A DNA stretch of 64,000 nt from Massalongia carnosa (taxonomy: Eukaryota). The stretch is from the NCBI GenBank assembly GCA_965645245.1, contig OZ287070.1, positions 2,790,001 through 2,854,000 of the forward strand, given 5' to 3'. The translations under genes and the position numbers were made by a program. Positions 44,628 through 55,239 of the stretch are shown one piece after another. How positions within the stretch are numbered: the stretch's first letter is position 1; the number at the start of each line of letters is the position of its first letter. Under the pieces are notes generated by a model. That model saw only the letters and a list, made by a program, of their open reading frames with translations. It made no database searches and was not told where the DNA came from.

Positions 44628-47600
44628 TCAATTTTCTACCGTCTCCATCGCATCAGCACGTCTGCTAGGAATCACTACTGCCATTGGCCAGCCAGGTGGA
44701 ATCATGGACTGTCGGTCGTCCTCGTCCCCCCCATGGTTTATAGTCGGCCCCTGACTATTACGTTGCTCAGGTTCTTCTATCGGAGGTAAGTTAATATTTT
44801 GCCGAGCATGAAATGGTTTCAGTCGATTTCCTGCAAAGGTTCCAGCTAATAGGGTGCCGTCTAGTTCACATAGTTTGTAAGTTCCCTTATCAACAATTGT
44901 TTGTTGAATTTTATATGGTCCTAACCACCTGAAAGTTAGTTTGCCTGTGTGCTGATTGTCTAATTTAGTGTCGTGCAAAAGAATTAATTGACCCTCGGTG
45001 AGTTCAATTGATCTCAGATTGTTCAGAGTGTCAAAGGTCTCTTTGCCTTCCATTCTTTGTCTTTGCAGGAATAAAGCTGTCTCTTCCATGTCTTCATCCC
45101 TTCGCTGTATTTGTCTCGCACGCATAGCTAGCAATTCGTCTGTTGTATGAACTTCATTCCATGGTAATATTCTCCATGTTGGAATTTCCAGTTCAATTGG
45201 TAGAACAGCCTCATTGCCGCTATTCAGATAGAAAGGTGTGTTGCCGGTGCTAGCACGAACTGTTGTCCGGTCGGCCCATAGTACTGCAGGAAGATTATCA
45301 ACCCATTTGCCCATGCCTCCATTTGTCATTTTGGATAATGCTTGAACAACTGGCCGATGTCCCCGTTCTATCATGCCATTGGCTTGCGGATGATAGGCAG
45401 AAACAACTACTCTTTTGATACCATATCGATTTGCTAATTCGATAACAGCATCTTTGTTTTCTGGTCCACCATCAAAAATCAGTTTTCCGAAGCACCCATG
45501 TCTGCATATAACGTCTTCCCACAAGAATCTCGCGACATTCTGAGCGGTAGCTTTTCCTAGTGCTCTACCCTCGACCCATCCGGAAAAGTCATCTTTGGCC
45601 ATAACAATATAGTGCTTGCCTCGACAAGCTGGCATGTGTACCACGTCTAAGCCAACCTTCTGCCACATGAAGGTAACCCATGTCGGATGAAGTGCTTCCT
45701 CGAGCCTAGTGGGGTCACGTTTCTGACATTCCTCGCAGGACCGAACATAGCCTTTTACATCATCGTGCAATTGTTCCCACCAGTACCTGTCTGCTATGCG
45801 TCTGTATGTGCCCTCTCTGCCTCTATGTCCACTTTCGTCATGTAGCTGTTTCAATATTTCCAACTTCCGCTCATCAGAGTCTATCACTCGCCTGGAAGGT
45901 ACGTTCTTGCTGTTTCGTCTATAAAGATGGCCATCTTGTACTCGATAGCGCAAGGCCTCGCTCTTAAACGCCCTAAAGTCTTTGGGGTTTAGTCCAACCG
46001 GCTTTTGTAGTGATGTTAGAAATGCAGCGATTCTCTCGGACTTATCACTATATCCGGCCTTTAGCACTTTTTCGTCTGGCACCTCGTCTGCGGAGTTAAC
46101 GGAAATTGGACAGGCCCTTAGTGAATTCAGTTCGGCATCTATGAAGTCGTCTATGTCTTGCTCCTGCTGTTCGGCCCGAATTTCTTCCTCAGTATGAGGT
46201 CGTCTAGACAGTCCATCTGCTGCCGTATGTTTTCGGCCAGCAACATGTTTGACCTCGAAGTCAAACAGTCGTATCCATGCTATCCATCGGACTATCAGAG
46301 CACCAGGCAAATCGGTACAAGCTCCATTCAATTGCGCCACTAGGACGTTGGCATCTGTCTCCAACACAAAGTGAACTCCATATAGCCAGTGCCTTGTCTT
46401 TTTCAATGCCTTTAGAACGCCTCGACACTCTCGCTTGGTTGCATCATATCGCTGTTCCACCTCGCTCCATACTCCGCTTTCGTACCGAATGGGGTGACGC
46501 TTGCCATCAAAGATTTGCATCAGTACAGCGCCCCATCCTTTCAAACTCGCATCCACAGCCAATATTGTTGTAATGTGCAAAGTCACCCGGCTGATGCCTA
46601 GTAAAGTGTTCAGAGTCACATAGTACCGCATTGGGATTAGTGCGTTGGTAAGAACATTAGGCAACACATAACGACCTCGAGAAGCACCGCAAAACTTCTA
46701 TGAACATTCCCATCGAGTCATAAATTGGATATGAGTCAATCACCAATCTTAGATTTCTAGGAAGCAGGAAGGTGAGTCATAGGGAGAACGGTTTTCGGCA
46801 TGTTTTTCTATCTATATAAACACGGTCCTTAGATAGGTAGATAAAAAAATCAATCGTTTCAAAAGTGAGCTTTTTACTATGCCAGCAGAGCTTCAATTAC
46901 AATAAATATGATAAGTCCAGCTAGCTCGCTATAGTCAATGGTCTTTAGTGCTGGCGGAGATGTCAGAGCTATCTTCAGCAAGTCCATTGCCTCGGTTTGT
47001 TCCATGCCCCATACAAAAGCAGTATCTTTCTTCAGCAGACGATATATTGGTTCAGCAACAATGGCAAAGTCCAATATCCATATGCGATAGTACACACACA
47101 CACCTATAAAAGCACGAGCGGAAGAAGCGTCGGTGCATATCGGCCACTCTAGAATTTTGATAACCTTAGCGGTGTCCGGATGTCTACCATCGGAGTCGGT
47201 CACAAATCCTACTATCTTCAGACCGGCCATGCAAAATTGCGACTTTTCTCCGGAGATAGTGCATCCAGCCCTTTCTATGTCCGCGAGTACCCCATCTAGC
47301 CACATGAGATGTTCAAGCACGTACTTTCTGATGCCCGGTGCCACTTCTTCACCACCATAATCAGTCTTCGGCCCCTTCACTCCGATGTCATCAAGGAAAG
47401 GTTTAGCACGGTTCGGAATGTGGTCCTGCAGTATCTTTGTCACTACCCGTACGAACTGTGCAACCGAATTGGTAGCTCCCATTGGTATAGATGTCATTCG
47501 CAATAGTCCTATTGGTGTCATGAAGGCGGTCATGTCTCGACTATGAACATCGAGTTCCATTTGGTTATATCCTGAAAACAAGTCGATCAAGGAAGCGATG

Positions 47601-48550
47601 TGGCAGCCAGCAAAGTCCTCTGAGAATTCGTCTACCGAAGGTGGCAGATTTGCGTCTCGGATGGTCACTTTGTTCATGTCTAGGGCCGCATTAATTAATC
47701 GGTACTTATTTTTCTCTTTCTTCTTCACTATGAACCATGGATTTCGATAGGGACCATGACAAGGTTCCAACGTTCCTCGCTGCAGTCGGTCCTTCAGCAT
47801 CTCTATCACCATCGGTACCAGGGCCCTTGGCAATGGGAATGATGGGGTCTGCCATGCCTCATGTGGAATGGTGTTGATTTTACATGGTGGAGACACCTCA
47901 GGTTTGACTCTGCCCATCTCGGAAAACTCCCATGACAGCGCTGCTTCTCGGTTGTATAACATCTGGGTCAACACTTCTTTCTCAGCAGACGTCATACTGT
48001 CGCCCACTGTCATTCGCTGCAGCCGTTCCGGTGTCAATCGTGAACCTTTGAATATTGTCGAGAACTTTGGAATCAGCCAATCAGGAAACTTTTCTGACTT
48101 TGGTAGACCTCTCTCTTTCTCTAGCGCCTTCGCTTTCCAATCTGCCATTCCACCAGGTATGGTGCCATCCGACTGGTCAGAATTCACTGGTCGAACTTTT
48201 ACCGCTTTCCGCTTATACGCCGTGTCAACTCTCACCGTACTCCGCTTGCCGAACACTCTGTTTTGATTGATTGTATATATGTCGAATTTTCGAGAGAACC
48301 TTAGAGAGGAAAGTCCGACCGAGCCAATTGAACGCGACGGTGTAAAGGCGCGAATATAGTGATCCATCGCTGCCACTTCCGCAATAGTCGCTGAGGGAGT
48401 TAGGGCTATTTGATTTAACAGGCCGGGCCTGTTAAATGGAACGGAAGAACCACTTTCCGGAAGTCCCACCCTAACACTCGCTCTCTCCAGGTTTTTACCA
48501 CCACTACCAACCATGGACCTGTTCTGCACATGGTGGTTGGTCAGTTTAAA
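44628..48550 (-). pseudogene. pol: Gypsy-2 Pol: RT, RNase H, integrase; interrupted by solo LTR 46566-46904
   Basis: LIDLFSGYNQ, PMGATNS, FLDDIGV, LAVDASLKGWG, HTAADGLSR, LHDESGHRG...CEECQ, GLDVVHM, FDGGPEN, GMIERGH, WLGPY. Confidence 0.95.
46566..46904. mobile_element. Solo LTR (339 bp) in Gypsy-2 pol
   Basis: TGTTGTAAT...ATTACAATA ends; TSD AATAT at 46561-46565 and 46905-46909; pol frame restored on removal. Confidence 0.9.
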
Positions 48551-51500
48551 TTCTCCTCTCGGCCCTCCGGAAACAGGTCCTCTGCAGTACGATTTGTTAA
48601 ATGAACAGTTGACGGCATAATGTTGAAATTACTACGGAGATGACTGCTTATAGCAGTCATGGCAGCCTGCAGGGCTGAGCTAGATCTAATGGGGCTAAGC
48701 GAGTATTCCAACACTCCCCTTCGAGCGTGGCTCCCCTTTCGCCTCCAAAATTGAAACTATCCAGCTTTTATCACTCCCCTTGCGAAGTGATTCATCCAGC
48801 TGTATCCGATTCGCTCCCCTTGCGGAACGAATCTAGCTCCCTCTGACTCCATTTTCCCTAAGCACGTAGTTCTTTCTTATGTCTTTTGTTGTCCTGCTTT
48901 GTAGCCTCATTAAACCCATAACCATCTCTCGAAACGTAGCTTTTGTGAGTGTATGGGTGGATGGGAAGAGTACTATGGACGTGTTTTGTTGATGGCCTGA
49001 GCAGGGCTTTTCTCGATGTCTCTGTTAGACATTTTCCCGCAGACCATTGACGTTGGTGGCCTGATCGCAGGGCTTTTATCTCCCCTTGCTGATCTGACCA
49101 GTAATGCAAGATGTGAAGTCTTCGAGGCACCGCCCATTGTAGATGTCCTCCTCAGCACGTTTCGTACGTACACCACTTTCGATGACGTTTCCGCTTCGTT
49201 TCCGCTTCGTTTCTCATCCCTTTCGATGTCGTTTCCGCTTCGTTTTCGCGCTTTCCACGTCTGAACTTTCACCTCATCATCTTCTTGATACGACATGATA
49301 GTACGTAGTCTATGCATGAAGGATGCCGTCGGAGGGGCGCAAAGCACAAACCCGGGACTCATAACCTGTTAAATAAACAGTTGACGGCATAATGTTGAAA
49401 TTACTACGGAGATGACTGCTTATAGCAGTCATGGCAGCCTGCAGGGCTGAGCTAGATCTAATGGGGCTAAGCGAGTATTCCAACACGATTTTTACTAGTT
49501 GAGTCAGAAGTTGCGGTGAATTTGGCAGCTCGGTTTCCCTCCTCCGCATGTATAGTACATTCCACCTCGTTATTCTGATAATCCATATCGACACGCATCT
49601 GATGAAGGTAAGGTTGGCCCAACACTAATTGATGATCCGCAGCGTCGATGACAAATATGTGATTGACCGACACTATTCCGCCAATATTAACCTCAACGTC
49701 CTCACATACACCTAGGAATTCTTTCCGGTCTCCAGTATGAGAAATAAGATTGATATTGGGACAGGGTCGCATAGCTAGGCCTTCACGCTTGGCCACGTTG
49801 TACGTCATCACATTCACTTCAGCGCCGGAGTCTAGGAGAGACTTGTACCTGTTGCCATCGCCGATCTGCACTTTGGCCTTTGGTGTCGACCTCGTGTAGG
49901 CCCTGCGAAGTCGCGGGTCCCGAATGCCAATTGAACTAATTTTTACCGTTGGACCCTCTGCCTTTTCCGGTTCGGCATTCCGTGTCATCTTATTGACCAC
50001 CGGTTTAAACATAGGCATCATGGCCATCAGATTTCCATAGGTCAGTCCTCCAGCACCAGGCAAAGGTATTTGCAAACAACGACTCTGTATTAGGTCTATG
50101 TTGAACTCATGTTTCGCGATCCGTAGAAACTCTTCGGTGCCCATCTGTTCTATCGCAGACCGAACCTCCTTTCGGATGGGGCCTGTCGGAACCCCGACCC
50201 CATGTTTCTTTCCTTTGCCGCCGCCGCTGCTGCTGCGGAGGTGGCTAGCTGGGCCCGCCTCCGTCATGGTCACATCTTCTTCCAAAGGGTCGGCGAATGT
50301 AACACGAGGTTCAGTCGCATGAGATTTATCAGTTACAATTGAGCTAGGTGGCCTTGATTGGTCAGAGTTGTCACTCCGACGTTCTACCGAGGCAGGAACC
50401 GGGTTCCAACTGCCATATCTGGGTGCTTTCGGTACTGCGAACTTGTCCTCGCGTTCAGCCCTGCGTTTCAGAATTCGCTTAGCTGGCTCCCTCCAGCTCT
50501 CCTCGACAGGCTTCTGTTGTTCCGTTCTAGCTGAATTGACAGAGGTGGTGTCGATGATGGTCACCTCAGGGTCCCATTCTTCATCAGATGAATATTCGTC
50601 CGCGCTATCCTCGCCAATTCGAACTGAGTGGACATCAGCACTTTGGTCCGCATGACTGAATTGATTGGCCAGCATTTTTGCGCGCCTAATGGACTCCTTC
50701 TGTGTCACCCCGGGCACATGCCGAATGGGATTGGAATATGTGCCCATCGGTCCTAGACATAACAAACCTCGCTCATTCAGATGAATAACACCATTCCGCT
50801 GGTCGGCATCAAACTCCGGGCAGTTCCTCCGCCTATCATGGGTCTCCTTCTCTCCACAGTATGTGCAGGAATCCTCCCCTCCATACTGACGGTCATTCGG
50901 TTTCTGGCCATCATAAGGTGCCTGTCTACCAGGTGACTGTGAACGGTTCCGAGTCTGCTGACTGTTCTGATTGGCTGGACGGGCCTGAGTTCCCGCCATC
51001 AGGACCAGCGCATCAAACCTTTCGGTTAAACCGGCAATAGCCTTCTCCGTGGACTTCGACAAACTAACGGTCGAACTGTCTGCAACTGGTGGGGTAAGTG
51101 ACTTCATGATATTTTCATGACCATCCAGCACTATCTTCCTATCAAATTGATCGGCTAGGGCACTATATTTGTCAGTAACACTCTTCTCAGTCCGCATCAC
51201 CTCTTTATATTTGAGCCTCGCCTCCACTAGTCCCAATGTCTTCTTCACCAATCCATCAAAGTCCTTCATCACATTATCGTCAAAATCAACACCTCGGCGG
51301 AAGAACAACTCCTCGCGTACGTCCTTGGGAAGGCCCTGTAGGAACCACTGATTGCGTGTATAAATATCTAGCTTTTCCTGACCAATTAGGACTTTGGATA
51401 TGGCCCCGAACTTTCGGCAAAAGTTTCGCACGTCATCTTCACTAGTACGTTCCTTGTCCTTGTATGACTCCAAAAACGCTCGAGAATTCACCTGCTGAAT

Positions 51501-52253
51501 ACTATCACCAGCCTTATACTCCTTCTTCATCACCTTACATAGCTGAGCCCATCTTCTTTCCACAAAGTCAGGTAGTGACTCCACCGTCTGTCCAATTAGC
51601 ATGTCACAATAGCGGGGTAACCTACGAATCTTTTCATTGTTCCCGACGTGGTAGTCTTCGCACATGTCTTCATACCTACTCAAGAACTCCGACACATTTT
51701 TACCTTGAAAGAATGGGGTCCCGGGAGTCCCTGGCTGAGGCATGGTCATCACAAACCCGAAGGGCCCTGCAGACATAGCAGGTCTATTCCCAGAGTACTC
51801 GGGACTAGTCGTAGATGGAGTAGCCATGTCGCTGATTGTTGCACCACTAGACTGATTTTCGCTTGTAGATATGGTAGCCGACGATGAACTCTCACACTCA
51901 GGTCGAGTCGGTGGGCTAGTTCGGACAGCAGTCTCAGTAGCAGGTTCAGTATGCTTGCAGGTAGTAGTAGCAAGTCGCTCAAGTATAGGTAGGAGGTGTG
52001 TAACGATTTTCGAAAGAAGAGCTGTTGTTGTTTCCTTGTCCTCTCTATTCGACTGACAACAGTAGTGATGACAGTGCGGGCTAGTAGGATGAATGTATGG
52101 TGGAGGTAGGTCCGAAGGCCTGTTATGCTGATATGCTTTGTGCTCGACACTGTCTGAACAGGATGAATAAGGTGAAAAAGATGGATGAAATGATCTGTTG
52201 AAGATGGGCAGTGAGGCAGCTTTTATGCCTCCTCGGTGCCGTTCGGTCGCCAT
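48541..52253 (-). pseudogene. gag: Gypsy-2 ORF1: Gag + aspartic protease, interrupted near its end by the TRIM
   Basis: PFFQGKNVSEFLSRYEDMC, CTYCGEKETHDRRRNC, LLDSGAEVNVM, LVLGQPY; after TRIM removal ends ...SKNRTAEDLFPEGREENLN*. Confidence 0.9.
48595..49485 (-). mobile_element. Complete TRIM (891 bp, non-autonomous Copia-type) with 119-bp LTRs
   Basis: LTRs 48595-48713 and 49367-49485 (one visible mismatch); TSD CGATT at 48590-48594 and 49486-49490; PBS GGTTATGAGTCCCGGG; PPT AAGGGGAG; no gag/pol. Confidence 0.95.
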
Positions 52254-52689
52254 GGTCTCGATTCCGGATGGCCTTCGAGCAGGAATGCGGTACTTTCCGA
52301 ACCCTATGTTTCTGGTGGGTCCTTCTGTTCACATTGTCAAATCGACGTCGTCGCTCAGTCCTCGAGGCTGCTCGCTTATTCTCACGATCTTCTCAAACAG
52401 GATTAGCTTGCCACCGAGACGGAATTCGAGCTCGCTGATTGGTTCGGGTCAAATCGGCCACCTATCTCCCGCCTATCGGAATCGTGATGTCGCTACGTTA
52501 GACTCTCGACCGTCTCCACCGTGTCGCAGACTATTCGAGTCCGTCTCTTCCCCTATAATCAATTCCGCCCGTTCAGGTGAGGTCTGTTCGCATCGCCACC
52601 CTCTGTCAGGGTCAAATTGATGCCCCCGTTCTTTCTGTCTTCCTCCGGTCGCTGTATGTCGTTTTCCCACTATCTCTAGATCTCTGTAC

Positions 52690-52790
52690 GCTGTCGCTGC
52701 TTCTAGATCGCTGTTTCCTGTCGCTGTCGCCTGTCGCTATTTCCTGTCGCTGTTTCCTGTCGCTGTCGCCTGTCGCTGTCGCTGTCGCTG
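52690..52790. repeat. (CTGTCG)n-type simple repeat in the Gypsy-2 leader
   Basis: Degenerate CGCTGT/CCTGT tandem units. Confidence 0.8.
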
Positions 52791-52803
52791 TAAGTCTACT
52801 GTC

Positions 52804-53108
52804 TGTCTCATATGAAATATAAATTCACTTTGTAGGTATAGTAGCATGTTTGTCATTGAAGGTAATTATCTATGTGGGCTATTTGTCTGCTTTATATAGC
52901 AGTTACAAAACAGTCACATCTAGGAGGTCAGACCTTGTCCCCCTGACGGTCAGACCTTGTCCTCCTGACGGTCAGACCTTGTCCCCCTGACGGTCAGACC
53001 TTGTCTCCCATCTCTGCTTGTTTAGGCACTTTGCAAGGCACTTTCCGAGGCTCATGATGGATGCCCATGATGATGGTGGCCTCATCATCTAACATCCAAC
53101 ATCTCACA
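52804..53108. mobile_element. Solo LTR (305 bp) in the Gypsy-2 5' leader, with 22-bp tandem repeat GGTCAGACCTTGTCCCCCTGAC
   Basis: TG...CA ends; TSD TGTC at 52800-52803 and 53109-53112; related fragments at 6700-6790 and 7950-8030. Confidence 0.8.
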
Positions 53109-53519
53109 TGTCTATCTAGACTCGTCGTTTGATTCCTGCTCCCGGTCAAATAGAGATCGCACCGTGGTCGCCAAATATGGAAGGAGGAAATGGGTGGTGT
53201 GCGTGGTCCACTACTGCTAGGAGTGCAAGAGAACAAACAAACAAGAGAAGAACAGAACAATAGAATAAGAAAAATAGCTAGACTGATCACTGTAAGCCTC
53301 GCGCCTCGTGCCTGATGCCTCGTGCCTGTGAACTGTATGTGTTGTAGCTATTGCTACGAGTATGCTTGCTCTAAAAGGAAAAGAACTATCTATAACTAAA
53401 CTAAAAGAAAGACTGTCACCTGACTTCCCCGCTACCTTTACCGAGTATCAGCCGAAAAGAACCAACTCCCGAACCGCTAGCAATTTGAATTTAGAGTATC
53501 ACCGCTCCACCCCCCTACA

Positions 53520-53909
53520 GCGTCAAAGCAGAAGACGGTCACCACTAGCAGTACGGAAGCGGAATTGCTCGCCATCTCATCGGCAGGAAAGGAGCTCATC
53601 TGGTGGACGCGTCTTTTTCAAGAGATAAATCTAGATTTGCAGATGACGCCAAACATTCAACGCGACAATCGGCAGACAATCAGAGCACTGACGGAAAATA
53701 AACTGGTGACCAAGCTTCGCCATGTCGATATTCATAAACAATGGCTCCGCCAAGAAATTGCAAAGGATCGAATCAAAATTCAATGGGTGCACACTGCCAC
53801 AATTATGGCAGATGGATTGACGAAGGCATTGCCGCCTCAAAAGCATGCTTCATTTGTCAAATTACTAGGCCTGAAAGGGCAACATCATGAAGATATAAAA
53901 GACGGATGA
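53520..53909 (+). pseudogene. Copia-2 RNase H C-terminus
   Basis: Resumes (WK)ASKQKTVTTSSTEAELLA...LRHVDI...MADGLTKAL after Gypsy-2. Confidence 0.93.
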
Positions 53910-54082
53910 TAAAGATCATTGCAGATGATCTTCATCAAGGGGGTGTGTCAAATGTCAGCTATACTGGCATTAACCAACATTGGTCAACGGGCCCGTCACA
54001 TGCCCGTCACATGACATTGCCACCGCGGCACAGGTAAAAATTCTTCATACCGCACATTCTTTCTTCCTTTAGAGACATCTCT

Positions 54083-54611
54083 TATAAGAGGGATAGTAGA
54101 CACTAGTCCTTATGGGTTATAATGCTCAGTGTGACTGCTAATAGATTGGTAGGTGCTAAAGCTAAAAGCTGATTCCCTGAAGATGGGAATCGAGCTTTCT
54201 ATATACCCCTTGGGGTCCTATTTACTAACTACTTGTCTGGTTACCTGTCTGCCTTGTTGCCTTCAGCTGAGGTCTAGCAGATAGCCTTGCTGCCTTCAGC
54301 TGAGGTCTAGCAGATAACCTTGTTGCCTTCAGCTGAGGTCTAGCAGATAGCCTTGTTGCCTTCAGCTGAGGTCTAGCAGATAGCCTTGTTGCCTTTAGCT
54401 GAGGTCTCCTAGGCGTCCCAGGCCTCCCATGAGATCGAGGCTTATCTGAATAGCTTCAGTTGCTGCCTAACAAACTGGTAAGGCTGATTGCTGATGGCTT
54501 AGTATTGCTATCCGCCTTATCATGACTAAGCATCCGGATTATCAGTCACCCGGTCTTCTTGGGTGAGTCATCCCAGGAGCTAGCGCAGTCCTGTATTGCC
54601 GCGCTATTACA
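54083..54611. mobile_element. Solo LTR (529 bp) in the Copia-2 3' LTR, with 33-bp tandem repeat x~5 (54251-54407)
   Basis: TATAA (for TGTAA)...TTACA ends; TSD TCTCT at 54078-54082 and 54612-54616; absent from the 5' LTR; unit GCCTTGTTGCCTTCAGCTGAGGTCTAGCAGATA. Confidence 0.88.
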
Positions 54612-54693
54612 TCTCTTGATCTATCCCCTGGCGGCATACCTAGCTAGAAAATCATCTATAGATCAATGCAATTCATTTCACCTCATCTGGTCA

Positions 54694-54990
54694 TGTAATA
54701 GGGTAGGCCTAGTATGCGTTCGTTGAACGTAAGACTAGCCTATGTGACTATGTGGGATACGTACAGCCAAAACAACCACCAAGACAATAAGGTCCCGCCT
54801 AACCCAGTTAGGCATAGTGTGGGGACTTAACTTATTATGGAGGTGTTTTCGTAGTACACGAAGTATCCCCTCGCTTCGCCTCACCTCCCCTAGCTCACCT
54901 GCCTAGTCTTATCTACCCGTGTCTTTCGGTGTCCGAAGTATTTCGGAGTCCGAAAATACTAGGTAGTATGGGCAAGGTATGGAAGAAGAG
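54694..54990. repeat. Truncated LTR-like segment
   Basis: Starts TGTAATA exactly where the Copia-2 3' LTR breaks off; no closing end found. Confidence 0.5.
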
Positions 54991-55239
54991 TGTCAGGCGA
55001 TTAGGGGTCACATGACCCGCCATGGGTCACATGACCCACGAACCCCTATGAGATATCCCTCAGTTAGCTAGCCTAGACCTCCCATAGATCAATACACACC
55101 ACTCCTTTTCACTCATATTCCACATTAGCCCATACAGCTTGATAGTTATGAGCCCGGAGAGAATGGAAGCTTTAATTCCTACTCATTGATCTAGTTGAAT
55201 AAAACCCTCTTCCCAAAACGATCCAACAAATCGATCAAA

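Larger units (their letters stand above)
43350..53519 (-). mobile_element. Gypsy-2 LTR retrotransposon, full length, no chromodomain; LTRs 43350-43705 and 53176-53519
   Basis: Near-identical LTRs; 4-bp TSD GCGT at 43346-43349 and 53520-53523; minus-strand PBS TGGCGACCACGG ~53173-53162; PPT AAAGAGAGAGGGGAACTA 43706-43723. Confidence 0.96.
38720..54693 (+). mobile_element. Copia-2 LTR retrotransposon; 5' LTR 38720-38976, 3' LTR 53946-54693 (interrupted and truncated); hosts Gypsy-2
   Basis: LTR TGTCAAATGTCAGCTATACTGGC... repeated; PBS GAGTTATGAGCCCGG 38977-38991; PPT CAAGGGGGTG before 53946. Confidence 0.94.

Noticed and set aside
54251..54407. 33-bp repeat array resembling CRISPR (also the 23-bp array at 3060, 16-bp at 12624, 22-bp at 52926)
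   Set aside because: Head-to-tail units with no unique spacers, mostly inside LTRs, no cas genes, eukaryotic context
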